DNA from: Gordius albopunctatus | Lineage: Eukaryota | Direction: 5' to 3' | Length of the DNA: 64,000 bases | Assembly: GCA_964276515.1 (NCBI GenBank) | Contig: OZ193909.1 | Coordinates: forward strand, 12,586,001-12,650,000 | Shown: one piece after another, positions 27,352 through 39,300 of the stretch | How positions within the stretch are numbered: the stretch's first letter is position 1 | How the letters are laid out: each line of letters begins with the position of its first letter | The notes under the pieces: generated by a model | What the model saw: only the letters and a program-made list of their open reading frames with translations | Databases searched by the model: none | What the model was told of the DNA's origin: nothing | Position numbers and translations under genes: made by a program

Positions 27352-28079
27352 TGTTATCATTTTCGAGTCACATACTAAAAAAGATAGGGATATACATAGT
27401 TCAAATTAGTCTCTAATTAAAATTGCCCATAGATGGCGCTAATTAGAGTATTCTTTTAATTTAATTGCGGGCACTCCTGAAAGGGGTTGTTATTATCTTC
27501 TAAATTATAATATTACTTATTGTATATTAGAATGTAAACTTTATTATTTACTGATGAATTGAGATAAAGTTATAAGAATCACTTCCACATTATCTTCAAG
27601 CAATCTGAATAATGTCTTAAGGTATTTTATTAATTTTCATTCCTAATATCTTTAGGATCATCATGCAATACCTCAAATAACAATCTAATTTATATACAAA
27701 TTAGTTTCTCTTGAAGATGCACATTTATTGCTAGAAGCTCTTCAAGGATTTCAAGACAACCATTAAAGTAAATCCCTTTAGATATTTATTTTAATATAAT
27801 TTTTAATTAAAGATCGTGAACTTTTGAAAGCAAAGACCAAAACAAAATTCAATTTTCTTTACATCCCTAAGAGGAAGAGAGATTCAATAACCAAATAAAA
27901 CTCACTTATAAATGATAATAATAATAGGCTTATATGGCTTTATACCGATATTTACAATCCTTTAGCATTATGTTTTCTATTAATGCCTCATCCTGCATGT
28001 TTTCTCAAAAACCTGACTGCTTTTTATATGATGTATAAAATTTAAAATAAAATGTTAATATTATTTTGATTGGTTTGAA

Positions 28080-28633
28080 ATCAACAAATATTTAGATATG
28101 TGTATATTTGTTTATTATTGAATATACAATTTGGAGATAAATGAACAAGTGTGATATTAGGAGAGATAAAACATTTCAGCGAATATGTAGTAATAAAATA
28201 TAGGGATAGATATGTTTCGAGAGTAAATAGGAGGAAGTAAAGTAATAGAGATGATCAGAAGAATTCACAATCAAGGGATACAGGAATTAAAGAGTGAAGT
28301 TATCCAGGAATTGAGGCATCAAGGAATCAAGGAGGAATAAATTTGTATCTACCAGTGGCATTATATAGTTCTTAATTTAGATACTCGAATATTCGGGAAA
28401 TGGTGCAGAATAATCTAGAAAAACGAATCATGCGTTGTTTGTCAATTGGCTACCCAATATCGCCAATATCCAAACACTACAAATATTATTCTTTGTATGT
28501 TACGCATGGATACACACTAATTTATCACTACCAAAAGAACATTCTATTTAGTTTATATTTTATTTTATTTAAATCTTTTTATTTAAATCTATTTTACTTA
28601 TCTGACGATGTCCTCTATGAGGACGAAATATTA
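28080..28633 (+). mobile_element. Degenerate Penelope-like element 3' part (GIY-YIG relic) ending in a hammerhead core
   Basis: Frameshifted CIYQW...IRE.MVQNNLEKRI...SPISKH resembles a GIY-YIG endonuclease. Hammerhead core CTGACGA-T-GTCCTC TAT GAGGAC-GAAATATTA at 28602-28633. Confidence 0.45.
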
Positions 28634-30008
28634 TATTTACTACAATAATTTTGTAACACCCTCGACAATTCCCGAAAATATATCTATGAGGAACATTATA
28701 TAATAATGTTTAAATTACAATTTTTGTGTATTAGATTACTTGTGCATTAGAACGGTGGAGTATAAATAGTCGGACGCTTATACCCGAATCAGGTTTAGAT
28801 ATATTATTCAAAGGATTGGTATACATAATTATATCAAAAATATTTGTTTTATTTTAAATATATATTTAGATAATGAAATATAAATAAATTAAATGATAAT
28901 GTTAAAGAGTATGAAGGATGATGTTTGAATGTATTGAAATGTTGTTATTACAAAAATATTATATACAACTGCTTAATAATTACAAAATTATTATCTGTAA
29001 CAATTAAATTTTATTTTAATATTATTGTTAGGATCAGTAACCTTTTTCATGCATGTATTATTATGATAACTACCATTTTGTTTATAATGTAACGAATAGA
29101 CAAAGTATCTGGTTAAAAAAAGAATCACGGGTTGTATAATCGCATGTTGTGGATATCACCTCTATTTTATAACCTGACATACCGCGTGATGTAATTTGAA
29201 TATTGTTGGTGCGAAACGTTTTTGGTTGGAATATTGTTCAGCGGCATATATATTATAATTATTGTTCGTCGAAATCATCATTTTATACTGTTCGCGACAT
29301 ACACAGAATAAACCAATAAAGCCCTCAAGGATTAAATAATTATATAAATTATAATCATATGTTTACAAATTATAAAATGTTTTAGGTGACACCTAAAACC
29401 TCAGGCTTGGGTTTATAAAACCCCAGGTTTTCCCACCACTACCTCAATTATTTAATAAAATTGCTTAATACTTTGAATTGATAAGTCGTTTTTGAGCATT
29501 GCTCAGTAATCAGAACATAACTTAGTTTTCAATAGAATTGATTGGTTAAAAAAATATATTATTTTAAAAAATACCTAATAATCTTTACAAATTGTTCAAT
29601 AATATTTAGATGCTAAATTAAAAAAATACTCAGTTTATAATTCAATAACTAATAATTAAATTTTCATTGATTTTATGTTTTTATATAAAAAATTTAGTTA
29701 GCGAATAAAATTGAGCACTTATTTATTTTAGCTAAAATAAATAGTTTGGAGGCTGGATAATATACATTGCCCTTCCTCTAAATGTTACTATGCATATGTC
29801 ATAAATTTAAATCTAATGAGTTTTTGAAATTTTTATTAGAGTATAAACATAAATAATTTCATATACAAATGCATAATGAACATATTTTGCTGACAATATA
29901 AACATAAATAATTTTAAATAGATGTACATAGTGAACACTTTTTGCTGGAGCAACCTTTAATTCAAGCCTAAAATTTGTTATAGTCAGGCACATAATTTAA
30001 ACTTACCA

Positions 30009-31324
30009 TTATTGAACAATGAAGGCTGATTTGGCTTTTGAGGGTCTGTCCCTTTTTCTTTTTTGCCCTAAAGGCCTACACTTAGCTTCTTTAGGTGGTA
30101 TGCAAAGTTTCAATTTAATTGACAAACCCACTATATGTTTGCAAATTTAGTGTTTGAAAAACACTGGACAATTACATTTACTCTCAAACCATTTTGTGGA
30201 ATCATCGGGTAATTGACAGAGCCATACCTTAAAATTCCTCGTCTTGAATTAATCAAATGTTTTGAAGTTCAGATTTTTAACAATAATATATTTACCTTTT
30301 TTTATATATTGCTACGGACGTGAGCCGAACAAATTACAATTGTGTCTTTTCCAAAGACAGATTTGAATGAATTATCTATGGAAATTGCCCCATCTGTAAT
30401 TAATACATCCCACTTGGGAGTTGTATTATTAATAGATTTAACTCCATTGATTAAAGTTTTAAATAAAAATATATAATCTTCTTCTTTTCATTACCACATA
30501 GAGACATTCCCAAAATATGGAAATGCCCATCATAGTCAGTTGTTCCAATTATTAATAATGGATAACCCTGCCAGGTTATTTTGCATGTTGCATCGGCATG
30601 CAATATATCTGAAAACTGACTGTTTAATAAAAGCCTAAAACTAACAGATTATAAATAACTAAATACCTTTTTGTTGACATGAAAAATTTAAAAATTGGAA
30701 TCTTTGTATGACACCATGTAAGATACAATATAGAATTCATCATCATCAAAGGGTATTTGAGAAAGAGCAATCAGCCACTGCTCCAACTCTCCTAAACTAA
30801 TTGTTGACACACTATATTTATTTCTTCTCAATGCAGTTAATGTATTTCTTAGCTGAGCCAATGAAATATTATAATTCATTTTGTTGAGATTATGCATAAT
30901 AGATTTAGGCTTCAGGCCTAAATCAAACAGTTTTTTTTATCTCATCTTTAATTTCATTATTTATTTTAAGCTTGTCAGTATTTTCGGTATGAGTATGAGA
31001 TGAAGTTGATGTTATACAATAACTTTATCTGATATAGATTCATATAATATATATATTCGAGCTGCACATTGTGGCCCTCTACACTTAACTTTGTTGCACC
31101 TTAAAAATGATTATATAAGTCATAATATTATACCTGTAATATACTTTTGTACCCTTCACTGTTGTTTTATACCATAGCTCCCAGCCATCCTCGACATATT
31201 TCTTTGCTTCTTCAGCCTTTTCATAAGTGGCAACCTTTTGCCAAATGATATTCGTACGTCTACGTTTGATTTGGTAATTTGTCCTTAACAACTTCTTAAC
31301 TACTATCAGATTTAAAAGGATCAA
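30009..31324 (-). pseudogene. Degraded MULE transposase with C-terminal SWIM zinc finger
   Basis: TKVYYR..RGPQCAARIY, DILHADATCKITWQGYPLLIIGTTD, CNCPVFFKH*ICKHIVG, PLGQKRKRDRPSKAK. Contains stops and deletions. Confidence 0.8.
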
Positions 31325-32074
31325 GAGTCTGATATCCTGAGAATCTAGGTACCATATTCATCAAGTTAAATTTGAAAGTAGCGCCAAAGGGAAGTATAGT
31401 TTTAGGAAAAAAGCTTTATGCTATGAATATATTAACAAAAAAAAATAACCATTTTCTTGTAGCTCTATAAGTCCACGCTCTACTGTGCAAACTCCTCCAA
31501 CTTAGTTTGCGAGTTCGAGACTCGCTTATACCTATATTTTATTTTGAAAATAATTTTAAATAACTGCAAAAATCATATTTAATGAACAGCATCGTAATAA
31601 ATAACTGAACAAATGAACTTAATACTGTACAAAAAATTATTTTGAATATTATTTTTTTACTGAGCATTTAATTATTTTACTGTGCATTTGAATTTTCTAC
31701 GGCGCAAAAATTTAATTTTTTACTGGGCACATTAATTTGTTCTCTTTTTAATTCATAACTTATTTGCATAATTCTTTGTATACGAACTTCATTCTTTGTT
31801 GTGTCGTGCTCTGTGAAGGACAGTCGGGTTGTTCAAAACTGGAAAGTTGATTCTTTAACGGTAGTTCGACTAAGGCGGAGTAGGTCGCGCATATTTGCAG
31901 CTTTGCGTCAAGGTTCTTTTTTGTGTATTCTTATAGAAATATCCATCCCTACAATCGCTATTTTTAATTTCTCGCTATAACCAGTTTTGTAATTTTTTTT
32001 ATATAATCGTGTTTATACTCACTTTACTTCATTTTTATTTTTAGAGACTTCATCTTCTCCTTTTGTTTTTTTTC

Positions 32075-32103
32075 CTGATGATGGGCAACTGCCCGAAATA
32101 TTG
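32075..32103 (+). ncRNA. Hammerhead ribozyme core (Penelope-type), stem I partner missing
   Basis: CTGATGA-T-GGGCA AC TGCCC-GAAATATTG. Confidence 0.55.
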
Positions 32104-33388
32104 CGTTCCATTTCCCTCTACTAACGTTATCAATCCAAACCCACGTTTTTATACAATATTCATAAGTTGAGTCCTGAAAAAGGAATTTCTCCGGCTCGAG
32201 CCCGACTTTTTTGAAATGTAAATTTATAAAAAAAAATCAGAATACCAACCGGCACCTTTCATTTAATATAAAAATATTTTGTTTCCTCTAAATAGCCGAA
32301 TCAACAAAATAATTAATAAAACGTTTTAACATCTTTAGGCTTGATTTTGCCTCGGGCGGGTTGACTTTTTGGCCCGGGCCAGGGTCTTCGGAAGGCCCGT
32401 GTAGGGCTCTAATAAGATAAATAAATGGCATAACAATTTAATAAAAGAAACGAGCTGATATCCTTTTTATGACATAGTTTAAATTAATGGAATTAGAGTC
32501 TCACCGGTGACCTACCACGCTATTCAAGTAAGTTGTAAAATCATAATTTCATTTGGGTCGATTAATATAAAATATGGATTTTAAGCGCATTAAAATAGTC
32601 TTTTCTTTGACAAAAACATAATAGATAAAGGTTTTATAAGCTATTTTTAATTTTTTTATACTGGCCCAATATTACATAACATGAATTTCGAATCGAGATA
32701 GTTTAGAAATAGGCAAAAATTTGCGTCGTACCGGATTTCCCCTGTCAGGACTCCAGTCATCCTTCAAAATTTAAATTAAAATTTCTCGATATCTAGGCGG
32801 AGGCAAAACGTTTTTAGGCTTAAAAGAGGGAAAATTTTCAATCCCACCAAACACATTAATACAACAGATTTTTTTTAACCAAAGGCCGAAGGGCCATTTG
32901 TCCATCAAGTTGCATAAGGGTAGAAATTAAAAATTATTTTAGGTAGGGGATTAAGTAATAATAACTTCTTAAGTGACAAAAAAGGCGTTGAATATTATTT
33001 ATTCAGCAGGTAAAGTCAACAATTTAATCATTAGTTAATATATATGACGCAAGTTTAAAAACCTCGACTTTCCGCTCAGTATCATTGTTTTTTATCTCTA
33101 TGGTAGGTGTGGATGTGACTTACTATAAAATGAAAGTACCATGTTTTGTTATGGTAACACAGTTTTATGCAATTTTCCATTCTATAACTTACATAAATGC
33201 CTTTCATACTATAAATAAAATATGATAGGTATTTGAAACAAGATAAACCGTTGATGAACTGTTTAAAATCGAATTTAATAAGAGACCAACGAGAAAACCA
33301 TTAAATCCCTCTAATTTATTGATACATAAAAGTAATCCAATTTTGGAAAGATTTATTAAACTTTGTAATCATCAATAACTAACAACAT

Positions 33389-36300
33389 TTAAATCATTGC
33401 ATCTCTATGGATGAGGGAAGATAGCTGTCTTTGTAAACCAGGTTCGCATAAGTCCAACGGACTCTTTTTCTCTTTGTTTTGCAAATGAACGTCGGCCCCG
33501 CTTTTAACTAGCATTATAGCTACGTCTTCACGATTTTCTTCACAAGCTAGATGCCTTCATAAAATGTAAATTATAAATTATATATCTGCGCGGGCGGGTA
33601 GGAACGGGCTTAAGCAATACAAATTTTAAACGGGCCATGCACAAGTAGGCCAAACAATTTTAAAAAGGGGCACAAAGGGGTAAAACAAGTTTAATAACGG
33701 GCACAAAATTCTGTAGACGGAGGTGGAATTTAGCTTAAATTTAAACCGACCACAAACTGGCTTTAAGGGATTTTTTATTTTTAAATATTAATTTCTCTAT
33801 TTATAAAACTAACAAATTTGATGACACAGGCGCGTAGCCAGGATTTTCTCTCCGGGGGGGGGGGATTTCCAAAAATTTTTTATAACATTTTTATTTCAAC
33901 ATCAAAATTATAAAATCTGGTAGGAAACATAAAGAAAGTCATTATAAATAATTTAATATTTTCTTTTTCCCAGCGTCATCTAGTGATGACAATTTTAGAG
34001 CTCTTTTAAGGTACCGTGCTACTACTTAAGTCCCCACTTTCAAAATGAGGTTATATCAATTTGTAATGACCTAATTGGTGTGCTCGATATATTGACTCTT
34101 CTACATTCACAATAAAAGAAGATTTTTTACAGTTTGTGATACGACTAGAAGAGGGCTAGGCGACTTAATTATAAAGAGCATAAAAGATTTCAATATAAAT
34201 TTATTAAGAGGCCAGGGATATGATGGAGCCAGAAATATGAGTTGAAATGTTGTCAGAAATGGAAGATAAACCAAATAAGTAAAAATTGAAGCAAGCTGGT
34301 ATGATCACGATGTTGCAACTTTAAAGCACCTAGATCTTCAGCAGGTTAGACAGTTAGCAGAAACTTTCGTAATAGTAGTCCAACCTAAGGTCAAGGTTGT
34401 ATGATTTTGAAATTAAGAAACCTCGATATGCAAAGAAAATGAACGGCTTTTGTTCAAGAAACAAGTTTTGGCAAATTTTTAAATAATATTACCTCTGAAT
34501 TCTTTGATTGTTTTGCCAGAAACGCGAATAAAAATAAATTATAGAAGGATTTCGTCCAAAGAATCCCTTGGACACCCTATCAGATTATAAAATATTGTAA
34601 TCTTTGCCCAACATCACAACTCTTCTTTACCTATTAGCTTTTATATGAGAAATACTATGTCAAAAAATAGATGAAATTGAGTCGCCCTTTTTTATACCAT
34701 TTTAATTACAACATTACATAGGCGTACAGAAGGGGGTAGAAAAACGGAAAGTTTACCCCCTTGGCAAAAATTAATAATTTTTTTTATTAAAAAATAACAT
34801 ATTTTTAGATCGAAAGTTTTTATTCTATAGCTAAGTAACTGACTCAAAATGACATTTATAAATAAATACCGATATATACTTTTTTATTTTTGAATTGAAT
34901 TTCGACAAAAAGCCAATTAACCTTTATTCACTATTTCCGATATCGTTTATTCACTTGGATTACAATGAAAAAAAGAAATTTGGAGCATTATTTCCCTATA
35001 AAATTATCCGATCCTTCAACATCTAAAACTAGTAATTTCTTGATCTATTGATAATTAATTGCTATGATTGATTTATTTTTCTATTCACTGATCTGATATT
35101 ATTAATAATGCTTTCCATTTTCTACTGATATAGTTGCAGGCTTATTAAATCTTTAAAATATTTTTCACTGTTCTATGTGACGAATCGACTGATATAGTCG
35201 GAGTGCAACAAATGTCTTTGTGTGCACGCTATCTAGATACTGTCACCGTGATAATTAAAGAAGATTTTCTTCAATTTGTGCCGGTACATGACACAACCGG
35301 AAAAGGATATGCGGATGTTATTATTAATAGCCTAGAAAAGCTAAATATTAATATCAATTTGTTAAGAGGCCAAGGCTATGATGGAGCTCGCAATATATGC
35401 GGAAAATTAAATGGTGTCCATGCCATTATTATGAAAGTATACCCAACGGCATTGTATGTCCGCTCTGCCTCCCATTCATTAAACTTGGCCCTTTCAGAAA
35501 CATCGACCCTTCCTACCATAAGAAATTGCATGGGTATTAATTAAAGATAACATAATATTATAATTTTTTAATTAGGTATTGTTTCTAAAGTTTAGGATAT
35601 GTTTAAATACTCCAAACGGCAAGATGTTTTATTAGAAGTCTCGTCAAAAAGGACAATAAACCGGTAATGGAAAAATAAAAGCAAGTGTGCGTGACCCGTT
35701 GGTCATCATGGCACGAAGCTGTTGCAATGCATATAAAACTTCAAGATGCGATTTATCCTGCTTTAGAAAAAATTTCTACCTGGTAAGATCGCGATGCCGC
35801 AATAGAGGCGGCAACTTTGCTGTCTTCTTTTGATCAGATGAAATTGTTGAGAACTAATGTTGATCAAGAATTTCATCAAATTTTTTTAATGGCCGAAGCT
35901 AAGGCAAACTTATACCAGTTTGATCTTGTAAACCCCAGAGGGGCTAGAAAACAAACGTTCCGAAGTAATATTCCAACAGACTCTGTTGAGGAATATTATG
36001 AAATCACAATTTTTATACCATTACTTGATTCTTTTATTGTTCAACTCAATGAAAGGTTTTTAGACAAGAAGGAAATTATTGCAAAATTTCAAGTTTTGTT
36101 TCAAGATTCGAAAGTTTCGCCTACAGCTCAGATAAAAATAAATCACTTAGTGGATTTATACTTTAATGACTTGAATGGTACAAATGTTGACGTTAAAACC
36201 GAATTTGATATCTGGTATATGTCGTTGTCTTAGATGCCAGAAGAATTGCGTCCCAAGAATGCTTTGGATGCTTTGCTAAATCACAAAACCAAATTAGAAT

Positions 36301-39300
36301 GCTCACCTAACCTTACAACTTTATTTTATCTATTAGCTTGCCTCCCAGTCACTACATGCACAAATGAGAGAGGTTTCTCAATTTTGAGAAGACTTAAGAC
36401 CTACTTACGGAATACCATGTCAAACAATAGATTAAATGGTTTGGCGCTTTTAACGATTCATCGGGAGTTAGCCCCAACTCAGGATGAAATTCTTGATGTC
36501 TTATCTTTTGGCAAAAGAAAATTAAAAATTATTTTATAGCGACGATTTTTATACACCGCTTTTGTATTTTTATTATTGAAATAAAAATGTTTTAACAAAA
36601 AATTGGAAAGTTTATACCCTCTTGAGAAAATCCTGGCTACGCGCCTGCCACATTAAAATTAAATAAAGAAAGTCATTATAAAATAATTTTATATTTTCCT
36701 TTTCCCAGCGAAAATATCTCAAAAACTTCATGTGGAGTGGGATCTAATTCCCGATGAATCGCTAAAAGGGCCAATCCATTTAATCTATTTTTTGACGTAT
36801 TTCTTATATACGCTAATAGCCTCCTCAACGTTGAGAAGCTTCTTTCATTGGTGCATGTAGTGATAGGTAGAAAAGCTAATAGGTAAAGAGTTGTGATGTT
36901 GGGTAAAGATTCCAGTATTTTATAACCTGATAGGGCAGCGTCCAAGCGATTCTTTGGGCGAAATTCTTCTGACGTCTGAGACAACGCCATATACCATATA
37001 CTATCAAATTCTGATTTTAGGTATTCGTTTGTCCCCTTAAGATCACTGGAATAAAAGTCCCATAGAAAGTTTATTTTCATCCGCGTTTCTGGCGAAACAA
37101 TCAAAGAATTCGAAGGAAATAATATTTGGAAATTTGCCAAAACTTGTTTCTTGTCCACGAACCGTTCACTGAGTTGTAGAATGAACATATCGAGCAAAGG
37201 TATAAAAATAGTGATTTTGTAATAATCCTCAATGGATACAGTTAAAATAAAACTTCGACAAGTTTGTTTCTTTGCATATGGAGGTTTCTTAAGCTCAAAA
37301 TCATACAACTTAGCCTTAGCTTCGGCTACTAGAAAAATTTCCCGAAACTCTTCATCAACGTTGTTTCTTTTTAATTTCGTTGTGGAACGGGTTTGGAACA
37401 GGGTTGGAGCAAGGCGACTAGCCTTATTATTCGAGTGTGTATATTTTGGAGCAAGGGTATCCCCATGCTCTCATTATAAACTGGGTCGTGTGAGAAGTGA
37501 AAGAGTAGGGTGGGGGGGGGGAGTTATAAACACACATTACAGACACGGTAGCTTATATATGAATCCGATTGAGAAGGCCAAAACTTCAAAGACCAATAAA
37601 ATGTATGAATCAAACTTAATATTTAAAAAAATCATATGATTTTAAATAAGTAGTTACATAAATATTCTAAGTAATGCTTTTTTTGAACATTAAAATAAAT
37701 ATTTTTTATTGTTATAAAAATTAAATATAGCAAACAATGATATCTGATTGCAATCTTAAGTAAATTATTATTAAAAGTTTATACGTTGTACTGTGGTATT
37801 TAATAAATTATGAAGTTAATACAAAAGGCATATTAAATATTGCAATATAGAGGCAAATGATATATGAGCAATAAAAAAATATGCAAACTACTGTGTAATT
37901 TAGTCAGTCGTTGGATCAGTATTTAGAATTATTATTAAAGATGTTATATAGTACTATTTATGAAGTATTAAAAGTTTGTTATTGCTAATGCTTGACGCTT
38001 TATTATGTATGAACATGTTATAGTACTGTTTATGAAGGATTAAAAGTTTTTTATGCTAATGCTTGACGCTTAATGAATGTATTTGTTATATTATTGTTTA
38101 TATTTTATAATATAGAAACTTCTGCAAAACAATTTAAAACACATTATGATATATGATTCATATTTTTCGCTAATTCATTTACATGTGTATTTGAATGAAT
38201 TGTTATTTTTTATACATTATAATTATCGTATTTGCACAAGTGATCTAATGCTCAAGTAGTCTAAAATTTGCAAAGAATGCTATATTTAATCATGTTAAAA
38301 ACGCTTTAAAAGGTTGCAAAAACATATATTAAGCATATAATATATGAAGATTAGCTTTTTTATTGCTGCATATATATTTTCTTTCATATTAAGCATATAA
38401 TATATGAAGTTCAAATTTTTTATTATTTTCTTTCATAGGTTAGATTAAATGCTTTATAATAAGTTAATATGCATTTACAATACTTTATAGGGTTAGGGTT
38501 AGAGATATACTTATCTAATAAAGTTTAAATTACAATTTTTGTGCATTAGATTACTTGAGCATTAGACCGGTTGAGTATAAATCTATAATTATGTGTGTGA
38601 ATACATGTTTTATCTTGATTTTAACGGTACTTATATACTTTACAGGGTCTCGGCCTTAAATTGTTAAAAGCCAATGTTTTGAGTTTTATTTAAAGAGGGA
38701 TGGGGACAAAAACCTAAGCAGATTCAGATTGTATTGTATAAAAATTGCTGCGAAACAATTTTAAAAATACCTCATTTATTATTATTTTCCAACCCTAAGT
38801 AGTTAAAAAATTAATATCCTCGCTAATTAAGAAATTATTATTTTAATTTAGCTTCAAGTAATTTATCAGAATATGAATTTTAAAACTTGTTTATTATATC
38901 GACCATAATCAATTTTGACATTAGTCTTTTGATTATTTTTAAATGATAACTCCTTCTTGTTCGCAATTTAAAGTGATTCTCCCTAAATATTTGCAACACA
39001 TGCCTAGCATCTTTTTTTCTTATAAAGATGAGTTAACTCAACTATTACAAATTTAACCTTATTTAAACAATATACTTTGCAGGAACCTGCATATTTGCTA
39101 AAAATTAAAAATTTATTTCCAAATAATAAAATCAATTTTGACAAGGTACATCATGCGATTCTAAATGTAAATAACCCGCGATATTATCGGAATAAGAAAA
39201 TATATCTATGTTTATATTGTTTTTATAATCATTTATTAAACGGTTTATATGAAAATTTATCATTTGATATTTTTTGTTGCTGTAGTAAACTTTTTTTCCT

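Noticed and set aside
38488..38503. Telomeric TTAGGG repeats (also ~26766, ~48322)
   Set aside because: Only two or three units inside transposon-like sequence, not an array.
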